64,000 bases of DNA from Tubiluchus corallicola (lineage: Eukaryota > Animalia > Priapulida), in assembly GCA_030141605.1 (NCBI GenBank), contig JAQGDQ010000439.1:133161-197160 (forward strand), in the 5' to 3' direction. The notes beneath the pieces are model-generated. The model searched no databases. It was given only the letters and a program-made list of their open reading frames with translations, and had not been told where the DNA came from. The stretch's first letter is position 1. Each line of letters starts with the position of its first letter. The position numbers and the translations under genes are program-made. Of the stretch, positions 15,001 to 26,280 are shown one piece after another.

Positions 15001-18000
15001 TGGCAAAGTGGCTGTAGACCACACTTCATGGCTGATACCTACAGCACGAACAACCAGAGATGAAATGTACAAGACAATGTACAAAAGGACTACTTAAAAA
15101 CTTCGATACAAGTGTATACAAAGTGAATATGCACGAAAACTTGGAAAATGCTACTAATGTATATTATCAGAATAGCAGAATCGTAAAATCACAAGTAGTG
15201 AAAAGTAGCGAAGTTAAAAATCTCATATTAATATTAGTAGCCAAAATGATTAGAAATTATAAATTGATTTCGTTACTGTAAATAATGATAACTTACAGCA
15301 GAAGCTGACGGTGTATTAAGGTGAATAATACAGCGTATACTTGGCCTAGCTGCATGAATAGCAGAGTGCAGTGTGAATTCGTCTTTATTTATCCCAAGCA
15401 GAGTACTACCAGTAGCAACTGTTTCTCCTAATACATAAACACACATTGAAATTCATTCAGGAAGCCAAACAAAGAAACAATAAGATCAGATTATACTAAT
15501 TAAACATAATTTATTTTAGGTTTGGCTCATTCAGTTTTGACAATCTGATTTACTGTGTGTAACAAGCTGCATGGACGCTTCTATGTCTGAAATAAAATTG
15601 AAATTGATATGGCATTGAGTTGATAAAACTACATCTATGGATAATTCACATAATCATGGAAAATTCACTTAACTCTCTTTAAAGACATGCTACATTTAAG
15701 TGCCTTCGTCAAACTATTGTTGCCTTAATAGAACATTACATAAAGACAAATAAATCAGCAATTTCATTTTATTTTTATGATGTACCTTTTATATTAACTT
15801 TGACTAAGCTAGCGGCAGTTACTTCACTGTACATGTAGCCATACGGATTCATCAAAAAGTGTTCGTGCTCTTGGCTTACACGTAACTAAACATGAAAAAA
15901 AATTGTTACTAAACAAACAGGTACTTTAAAGTTAAAATAAAATATTTTACATAACAAACAATCACAAAAATATTTGTATTTTCAAAACTTTGCAAGTTTG
16001 GAAACATATGCAGTAACGTAAAACTTTATGGATCAATTGGAATTTAAAATTTATTAAATGACTATCAAACTTTTAAAATTTTAATTACAATATGACTCCA
16101 ACATGATAAATGATATAATTTATGATATGTAAATTAAATACAGTTTTTGTCTATTTTGACAGAACATCACTTAACAACCTACGTTGCACAATGGCAGGGG
16201 CTGTAAAAAGCATTGCAGGGTTTCAAGTCATAAAATCATTTAAACTGACATCTCTATAAATGATAATAATTCCTAAAAGAGATGGTTGGTTGCCATGGTG
16301 ATTAGCAGGCAGTAGCAATACCACATAGCAAGCAGGATTGTGCAAATGGTTCTAAAATTACATGACACAAGTCAGTAACCCCATTACAGCCAGATGTGCT
16401 GAGGCTTGATAAATTTAAGTTCCATTTGTGATGTGATACTGAAACGTTTGGGTTTTTTATTGTAAATTCTGCAATTGCTAAGGGACAAGGGGTAACAAAT
16501 AGCTCCACTTATAATTCAAGTTAAACGTATCACGGAGGAACAACATACTTTGCATGTATCATACAGAATAACTGACTGATGACTGTAGACAAGCTATTAT
16601 TTGAAAACCCTTCTATTGGTACATTGTTTGGCATGCACTTAGTGTTACATTGTCACACACACCCTTCACAAGCCAATAAAGAATGAATTAAGGCCCCGTG
16701 GAAAGTTAATAGAATGTAAAATAGTGTAACACTTGTGCCATTATAATAGCTTGCAAACAGACTTTTGGTACACAAACTCAAGACAGCAAAAGCAGTTCAT
16801 TCCATTTTCCCTTACGAAAAAACTTTAACCAGCTGACTAAACAAAAGACAGCATGTGAACACAAAATAATCAATACAGTACTGGGCTTTTATTGCATTAG
16901 CTGCATTAGAGTCCATGCAAGTTATACTTCAAATTGCTTTTATTTTGATTAAGTCAGCTCACATGCATTCAAGTAACATGAGTTTTTATCCACAAACTGT
17001 TTTTTAATAGAGATTAAAGTATTTTTTACTGCAGAAACATGTGTTGCACATGCCTGTTTCATTTAAAATTTCCATGGAATTCACCACAAATCCATAGGAG
17101 ATAAATTTCATTTAAATGAAAATTAAGGAATGCTTGCACAATAATGAACATTGATTTATGATCGAATAAGGTATTATTAAACTGAAAGGCTCTCACATAA
17201 ATGTAGTTTACAAAGTGAATACATAAGCTCCAGCAGGGGATAATTTTACAAAGAAATTTGACTTGTTTTCCTTATATGTATTTTGATAATTACTTGCTCG
17301 AAACAAACAGACTAACGAAAATGGATAAATAGAAAAAAATATTCTTACTAAAAAAAGGAGTTTTTTAAGTTAAGTTAAAAATTGAGTTCTCTAACATTTC
17401 AATTCATAGTATCGGCCTTAAGCCTAAGACTTTCCCATCCTGAATTCCGTTCAGGAACCTGGGCATGTTTTTGTATCCCACGGTTACTTATATACTTACC
17501 CATCCCTGAATCACAGTTTCTTACAACAGATTTTAACATTAGAAAAGCTAGTCTAGTTAAAAAATAAACACATATAGACCTATTTTCAAAAGTTTACCAA
17601 TCAACACATTAGTTAGTTGCATAACAAATGCTGTTATAAACATTCTTTAATCTTTAAAATGTAAGGTAAAATAATATGATTATGTGACTTCTCTTAAACA
17701 TTTTTAAAAACAATACATTAAATGGTTCAGCTATATCAAGCTTAACTTGGACGTTTTACGTCTAACACAATGCTTAAGTAATATGCAATGGTACTACTAT
17801 ATCTTGTTACAGGTACTTAATTTTATGGGCATAGACTTTATGAACCAATCTATAATAAAAAATAACTAATAAATTATAATGATAAATCATTTATGGTCAT
17901 GTCAGCGAAAATAATAATGAAAAATTTTATGTGCATGGCACACACGCTAGTTAAAGTAATTTGAAACTTTAGATGCAACAACAGTTGAACCAAAACTCAT

Positions 18001-20327
18001 TTGTAAGACCTTAAAAATTTAAAATATGTAAACAATCCAGTGAAAGATCTGCAGGCAGGATAACGGATATTGGCAAAATCCGAATACAAAACAAACAATA
18101 CAATGTCAACCACGGATACGTAAAATATGCACTTCAGGCGACTTAGATCCATTAAACATAAATGGACTACAAAAAATCATGGGCTAGCTGCTTAAGTACA
18201 CGTTCTCAATGAAGCATATCATTCAGCCATAAACACATAATGCTAACCTTGCACTAAAAGCATGTGATTAGTTAGTAATTATGTACTTACTGTGATATGG
18301 GTATGCACTCCTGACCACCCATGCATGTCCACCAGCCGGTACACAGTGGCCAGTTTACATCGTGCCAACTTTTCTCCCTTCACATAACCAGTTGCATCCG
18401 TGCTCTTTATATCTGCGATAGGAATCGGTCCTTGCCCACCACCTGTAATAATACACAACAGATTGGCAAATCTTTTGCTTTTACTGCTTTCTGTCGCTAG
18501 GTATTAAATTGTACAATGAGTAAAACATGCAAACAGTTTTCAAGATGCTCATTTTTGCTTTTAATCACAAGTCATTTTGTGCCGATTGTGCAAGATGTTA
18601 AATAAGTATGCTAACTACAGTGATGGTTATGGCAATGGTGATGATTTAGTACATTTTCTGTTGGACAAAAGAATGATCTTAGCTTTTCAACACTAAAATT
18701 TGAACAATTCTTTAGGGAAACACTAACTGAGTCTTGAGATTACAATGTACAAAACAAGTTGTTTTGTACAGACATATTCAAATACCTTTGCCAATACTTG
18801 AAACCGACTGATTTGCTCTGCTCTGTGGAACAAACATATCAGTAATTTGTTGGAGAGCAATAAGACTAGTCGGATGAGGCCCCTTCTGGATTTGAGTAGA
18901 TATAATCTCCTCTAGTTCTTCACGGAATGATGCGCTATTGAGAATTAATGATACCCTCTTTCGTCGTTCCATCTCACGTACATCCTCCTTTAAACAACAA
19001 TGAAAATTAAACATACTGTACTGCACATTAACTTGAAAATTGTTATTACACTAATCACTATTCAACCATGACAGCAAAACACATCTTAGTAAATTACATG
19101 AAGTTAGGAAGGGCAAACACACATTATTGGCATGTTACAGACAAATGATGATGGACAAAAACTTCCATTTAAATATCACAACCTATTTGCAAATTTGCAT
19201 GAAAATCAGAAATTTCACTTTCAACAGACCTTTGACGGAGACGCTTAAAAACGTGCAAATTTAAATGTTAATTACATACAAAAATATAATTCAGTGTTGG
19301 ACAATATTTGTTAACTGCATTGGATTGTTAGGAAATGTACATACTCCAGCCAGCATTACTTGTAAGACTTAGTGTTTCCTGGCAACAGGGTAAATTGTTA
19401 AACACTCGTCCTGCTCAACAGATGTGGTTAGTGCTTGACTTATTTTTTATTATTGTTACAAACATTAAGTACAGACGAACAGAATTTAGTCCAAGGTAAG
19501 CTCACTTGCTGTAAAAGTTAGACCTTCCACTCTTGCCTGTCTTGTTAACGTGAGTTGTATTAAAATCAGGCTGAGGATCCCACAATGACACAAAAAGAAA
19601 ACATTTTAATCCCTAGTGAATTGGCAACTGCACAGTAACTTCATGCAAGAAGCTAATATGACTCAGCTGAGCTGTTTTTCAATTAATTCAAGACCACGTC
19701 AAAATAATACCATCTGTGCTTTCGACACACCCAGCAGTTAGTATACAAACAGAACCAAACTATGCCTTTTTCATATGCCAGGCCATGTATATATATATAT
19801 ATATATTCTTGCAAGTCTTTAATACATACAGTGTATAAAAAATGAGAATTATTAGTGAGCTTAGAAATGGAGAAAGTAATAGAAAGATTGTTACACAAGT
19901 TTTTGAGCACCAATAGCCTATCATAGCTACTGTAAAAGGAAGGAAAAGGGAAAAAAGGTGACACATGCCAAACCTATTGCCTTTTCTTTATCAGTGGGTT
20001 ACCCACAACTTGCAATTATTAATATTACGTGATTAAGTTTGTTCCCCATTAATCATCCAAAAAGATCCACGACAATGTAAAAACACTTTGCCTGACGAGT
20101 TGTGCTGTAGACAAGTAGCTCATTGGCAAAGTGAATCAAAAGATAAAATACTGCACTGTTATGAAAAAAATCTACATAAAAATGATGCTCTGTAATATGG
20201 TATGTTTTCTTACTTTAATACCAGCAGGTCTTCGCTGTTCTCTAATATATTCTGGGTCATCAGGGTTGATTGAATCGATGAATTTTCCACTAGGTGGTCC
20301 GTTCACCTGCACATGGTCAGCCATCAT
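6005..20327 (-). CDS. hts: Adducin (hu-li tai shao orthologue), ~609 aa, 15 coding exons
   Basis: Phase-consistent GT-AG exons: 20327-20214, 18987-18786, 18442-18291, 15885-15786, 15427-15297, 15038-14895, 14508-14410, 12513-12328, 11730-11594, 11114-11021, 9709-9599, 8897-8807, 7957-7904, 6947-6856, 6127-6005. Motifs: [39 protein letters not shown], class II aldolase-like [15 protein letters not shown] and [32 protein letters not shown]-like [12 protein letters not shown]. Tail exons are less certain than head exons. Confidence 0.93.
7734..7807. repeat. 37-bp tandem duplication
   Basis: GCCACTGACATAACTTCTTTT(T/C)AAAGTTCATTACTTT occurs twice. Confidence 0.9.
12575..13436. mobile_element. TIR-bounded non-autonomous DNA transposon (probably hAT) in an adducin intron
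   Basis: Left CAAGGCTGGCAGTACGGCATGGTATGAAA matches the reverse complement of the right end, CAAGACTGGCAGTATGGTGTGGTACGAAA. Flanking 8-mers TTTAATGG / CTTAGGGG match 5/8. Confidence 0.7.
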
Positions 20328-22865
20328 TGTATTGAGCTAACTTACCTGGGAAAACAAATTGCAGGTAGTACACAGATGAAAATACGTATTATTATGATAA
20401 ACACACAGCAGCACACAAAGCCATCACTAACGCAGTGGAGTTCACACCCACAACAGCTGACACAGCAACTATAACAAAAATTATTAAGTGCTAACATTCT
20501 ACTGCTGTAGCGAAAACACCAAAATCAAGTAGACTCAAAATTTTATGGGCAATTAAAACTAGTTTTTGAAGCATGAGTCCATTCAAGGCGCGTCATATAA
20601 GAGATTTTATACACCTGAGGAATAAAAAGCAGTTCTTAAATCAAAATACAGTAGCTGGCATATTGATTTTCATATTAAAATCAGCAATTTTTAAAAAATG
20701 AACTCGTCAAGGCAGTATGCCAAATTAGAGGCCATTTTCCTAGGCCCCCAAACAGTCTGAATTGTTCAACTTCAGCATAATTAGTTACAGTCATGCACTG
20801 ATCAGTTTTCTGGTGAGCAGAATTTGGTACTCACCTGTATGGAAAAGACTGATAAACGGTAAATATGGTCTAACTAGTGAAGAAGCTAGCCACTTTGCAG
20901 AAAAAATATTTAACCTCCCCTAAAAAGCTGTAGAAATATGCTGAGCCCTCAATAAAAAATGAAATAAGTTCAAAAACAAATCTCAGCAAAATCTCAGCAT
21001 AGGACATTCCACAAGTCACAGCCAGTTTCAATTGCTGCTACACATTTTCAGCTTTTTTATTGAACAGTGATGGGTGAACAAAAATGTTTTCAAGTTTTAG
21101 AGTCACTTGCATAAAAACTCCTAATACGAAATTTAAGTTAACAATAGAGTACTTTGTAATAAACGGGATGAAACTAAGTTGATGTACTGCTAATTGCAAG
21201 CATTCTTACAACAGAATATTCCTGATGTTTATACACATTAATGTGTTTACTTCTCTCCCTCCCTCCCACACTTACTGTGTATAGTGGCAGATAGCTAGTG
21301 TCCCAGGGTGCCTACAAAAGTATCTTCATAGCACATCATGAAATACTTGTGGTGGGTTTATGGTTACTTTGTATGGCAGAAGTTTTGAGTGCAAAATAAA
21401 TGCCTTTAAAAAGACTGATTGGACTTAATGGTGACTATGAAATCCAATATTGCATTTTGGCACACCTCTAAGTCTTAACCCAGGCTGGCGGAGAGTTAGC
21501 AGTACAAAAACATGGCTGCGTTCTCACCAAAACAACGATATTATAATAAACATTGCATTTTGCATTTTAAATTAAAATATACTTTACGTGATTGCATTAG
21601 GTAAGTGTATGAACGAACATGACGTCATTTGCAGAAGGCTGACCAGGATTTGGGTTTCAGCCGCTTTTCCGCTAACCTCAAACCTGACTAAATGTAGCCA
21701 GATGAACAGCATTGCATAAGATTAATGATAAAGAAAACACTGAACATCTTTTCTAAGACAAACTGCATAAGCATACGCAACATAATATTTATGGAATCAG
21801 AACAACAACATTGCTAATGATTAATAAAGGCTGTATATAATTGCTGCATAAGATTCATGCTAAATAAGGTCAAATTCAACAGAAACATCCTTACATTTTC
21901 ACAATTTCAATGCAAAAACATTCAATAGTCTTCAATATCTAGACCTAAAATGAATAATATCAGGTGTCCCCTATCTGACGTATCAAAACTCGATCAGTAT
22001 AAGCATTCTCAACAAAAATTTTTCTCTGCTATAACTAATCCTTGCAAAACTACTAGATTAATCGAATTAATCGTGATTACAACCATGTGTAAATCGATAT
22101 AATCGATGATTGAAGAGTAATCCAGTTAATCAAAACCAAAATATACCTGTATATATACCTATAAAAATAGTTTGCGAGTACGAAAATGGTAGCCAGCGAC
22201 AAAAGCCATGAAAAAGTTTACAGGCTATATCTCAGTACTGCAATGTTTGAAAATTATGGCAAAACACTAAAAAACTGACGCAAAAGATTAACTGTGATAT
22301 CAAATTATAAGAACAAGATTGCTGTGGTAATTAGAAAATTTCAAAATCGCCCATTGCTAATCATGTGTAATGAATTTGTAATACATGGCAGAAGACAAAT
22401 TATGAAAAGATTGACGAGTGAGATTTGAATGATAAGCCTGTTTTGGTGACTTCGTTTGGAAAATTGGAAAGTGCATAGGTCATAATTTTTATTTATCTTA
22501 ACACACATTACAAACCGTTGCACAAGTATGACTATGAGTTTTTTTTAGCACAATTGAATTACACAAGGCAAAATTTAATTTTGTACAATTTACATGAAGT
22601 GAGCAAACAAAAACACAGAATTATCATAATTATAATCAGATGAAGCTACAGGTAGTCAATTACAAATAAATCAGAATAATTAATGTAATCACCATAATTA
22701 CCTTTATTCTATTACAGCACTATACTATAGAATAAACCACATTTCTGAAAATTTATCATAATTAGGCCTACACACGTCGAACTGCGTCCTTCGAGTGAAT
22801 TAACATAAAATTTTAAATTTCTTGTATACCCCTGCATTAAATGTCACTAACGAGTGATTACTTAC

Positions 22866-22960
22866 CAAGTTAGTCAGCCAAGAATAATATTAGCTTTCGC
22901 AAATTTTATCATAAAACTGCATAAAATTAACACTCAACACACCATTCCCTGAAAAACAAG
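22866..22960 (-). other. Putative 5' UTR exon 1 of adducin
   Basis: Strong donor TTG|GTAAGT on the - strand at 22865, just downstream of a GC-rich motif cluster. The upstream boundary is approximate. Confidence 0.55.
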
Positions 22961-23720
22961 GTCGCCGGGCGAGGCTGCCACTAGATGGCACTTTATGAAG
23001 TATGACGTCACGAAGCCATGATTGTCAACTTACTGGAATGGCGCACCGTTAAAAATTCGACTAAATTCGTTTATCACCAGAATTGTCTGCGGTAACTGAC
23101 CCAAAGAACTTTAGTAATGTATAGCTCATTTTAACTACTAACCCCCTTCGTGTAGTCGTGTAGTTAGAAGAACAATTCTATAATTAAATTTGTAGTTTAT
23201 TCATAAAGCAGAGAGTTTGGCATAAAAGTAACTACAAACATGCAGTTAATTATAACTATTAAAACTTTTCTATAACAAAACAAACAAAAAGCAGTTAGGC
23301 CTAGCGTAATGTTGCTATTTCTATAATTAAATTTTACAGTGCTTAGAATTGTATTTTGTCAAGCTACTAGGTATGTGAAGCCATGTTTCACCATCATTAC
23401 AATCATTTTTATTTGCAGTGTTTGCAAACGCTTTAAAGCTTTAAAATTATTGCTTAAACTTTTTAACATAACTCTTTATAAATTTTGTCTAGTATCAATT
23501 ATTTACCTTCAAGTTATATGACTCCATGTCAGTGCTGCCACCTGTCGAGCGATTTTGTTACAATCTAAGTTGTAACATGTTGTGATTTTGTTGAATTTAA
23601 AAGAGAAGCCCGTTCAGTCAGTCAGGTGCATCGAATTACGTAACCTGCTTTCTGAACTGGAAGCGACTTGTATGCAACATGTTGAAAAATGTAGAAAAAT
23701 GGCCGCTTGCAGATGCTCAG
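22960..23720. promoter_or_regulatory. Bidirectional promoter between adducin (-) and NUDT19 (+)
   Basis: CTCF-like CTGCCACTAGATGGCACT (22975-22992), CRE TGACGTCA (23003-23010), reverse CTCF-like GTGCTGCCACCTGTCG (23532-23547), YY1-like AAAATGGCCGC (23696-23706). Outward-facing splice donors at 22865 (-) and 23832 (+). Confidence 0.55.
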
Positions 23721-23831
23721 TTCAGAACTTTTAAGTATCTTTATGCCAAAACATGAAAGTCCGGTTTATCAAATGGCTTGGTGACAAGCATCGTGCTGAG
23801 CTGGAGGTCGTTCTATGCAAACGAACTGTTA
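23699..23831 (+). other. Putative first exon of NUDT19 (uORF and/or N-terminal extension)
   Basis: Donor A|GTGAGT at 23832. Splicing to the acceptor at 29353 gives A+GT=Ser in frame with the 29356 ATG. ATGs at 23699 and 23753 are in that frame, with TAA at 23732 between them. Confidence 0.5.
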
Positions 23832-25919
23832 GTGAGTCAAGTTCATTATAATTATGCTTGTTTCCTGGATTAACATATTAAGTGCACGTCTGCTGTTGTT
23901 ATTAGCAACCTTCTCATTATGGCAGATTTGTATAATCTGAAGATTGCTACTACGATATTTTCAATAATAATTGACTAAAATATTAAGTTCATAGTTAAAA
24001 TGTTTACTCTGCATTTTAAACTTCGGTACAGATTAAAGTAACAACTTTAGGAGAGGGCGCCAGTACCTAGCGTCTTAGTTAGCGCATCAGCAGATCACAA
24101 GCTCTCTGCTGTAAACCAGAAACGTATGCAAGACCTGACTAAACCACCCTGACAGGCACAAACCGTAACTGGACTACACCAGGTGATCATAAGAATTAAT
24201 AATGAGTAGCTCATAATATGAGTTGGGGTGTTTAATGAATAGTTGTGTTGGTGTTAGTTTTTTGTTTAAGAATAAAACTTATTTTTCAAAGGTATTTATG
24301 CTCATTTATCAGGGCTAACACATAAACGACATTGTAGATCGAATTTAAATGGAGAAAATAGCATGTAAGTTTATTGAAGATGAACGTCAATATATATGGG
24401 TGGATCATGACAAGCGAGTTATAATGCACGATTATTGGTCGGTAAACATAAAATATTCATCATGGCTTCATCTCTTAACACGCGAAGCGATGCAGTATCT
24501 TATAAACTTAGTTTGAACCGTTTTTCTCGACCTAGTTTTCCTCAGTGTGTAACCAATGTTTTTCGTCTGCTATTTAATGAAGCCCATCAGCGACTTTCAG
24601 CCCGTGAGCCCTGAGTATCTATAATATGCAAATCTTTTGGACTTTCGGATGTAGTCCATGGGATACTTCTTCTGACAGAGGGACACAACTTTTTTTATTC
24701 TCAATATTTTAATAGAGCAAATTTTGATTTCTCCTCTCTTTATAAGTAAAAACGACAAAATCATTGCACATTGTAATTAACTGTTTAAGTCAAAGTCTAA
24801 AAGCCAGCTCTCGATTTCTGCTAGCAACCAGCATCTTGTCTCCGTGACGTCAGCAGCTCTCAGTTCCACTATCGCATTTTCCACGATATTAGTAGCTGCT
24901 TTTCCATAGCTTGAGCCACCACCTTACCTTACACCTAAGGAAACTTATTTTTTACAAAGTAATAGGCATGATAAATTCTAACATTTAATCAACCTAACTT
25001 ATAATAAGATCAATCATTAGTTATGCAACTTATCCCACCTTGTTTTGAAGAAATAGACAATTAAGTTTCACTTCAATTATTAAAAATGATCTTTAAACAA
25101 TAATCTAGATCAAAAAAATTAAACCAGGTTCTCGACTATTACTCTTGTCTAGACATCATGACATGTACAGTTATTAAAAAAAATTCGCAGAGTTTTCTAG
25201 TTTAACAATAAATTCAAAGTTCTATCTCGGCTAACTGCATTATTAAATACTTGCATTTAGTTCTGTTTCTATATTTTTTATAAAACTCCCTTTTACGATC
25301 TTTAAACGCAATATTTGATCGTGCTGCCCTCTACTAACGACGCAAGTAGTTACGTTATGTTGACATTACTGCAGCAAAAATCATTTTCACTTAAGCCAAA
25401 ATTACATTTATTGTTTCATATTAACGCTTATATCAAAATTATAATATTTTCTGAAAAATTATAATCTCTATTCCATAATACGTTAATTAGTCTTTCAATC
25501 GTTTGTATCGTTTAATACGTTAATGCTAAGTAAATCTCAAAATATGCATCTCCGGCTTGTACCAAATTTTCAAAATAAATACGAGGATCATTCACATTTT
25601 TATACTAATCAATGTCAATCATCAAAATATCATATTGATGATCATAACCCACATTTTTTTCTTTTTGACGAATCTCGTTGTCCACAGTATAAGTAATAAA
25701 GAACAGTCACCGATGGTAGTACTATAGCCTGAAATTAACCCCGACAAAGTAGCAGAATAATTATTGTAGCAAAGCTAAAACTAAAAACTGACCTAGGCCG
25801 TACTATATGCTCGCAGAATAGCATGCTTATCTGAAAGTTAACTAAAATTAATAATGTACATTGTATGTAAAGTACATGTATAATAGTGCGAGTTAAAGCC
25901 ATGAAGCACTTGTTACTAA

Positions 25920-26280
25920 TAGGGGTGATCATCGAACGTTCGAATTTGATTGAAACCTAAAATTATAAATCTGAATAATTCGGCAGTTCATCTGCACACG
26001 TTCTTTATCATTAACTCTTTGAACTCCGAACGTTTGAAACATTATGCACTCAGCACAATTTAGCAGCGATTATTGTGCAAAATTTGTGCCCAAATTACTA
26101 ACGTTTTATGGCAGAATAAAATAAAGTAATATGTAAGCATCTTTGTGAGAGCGCTTGCTATTAATCATTCGAATACTTTTCGAAAATCCTTAAAATTTAT
26201 TTGAATTTGATTCAAATTGGAAATCTCGAAATTAGTTTGGTTCGAGTTCGAAATTCACAAATTCGATTCGATGCGATTTC
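25920..26280. mobile_element. Degenerate MITE with TTCGA subterminal repeats
   Basis: Starts TAGGGGTGATCATCGAACGTTCGAA; dense ATTCGA/TTCGAA repeats at 26165-26275. No clear right TIR or TSD. Confidence 0.4.
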
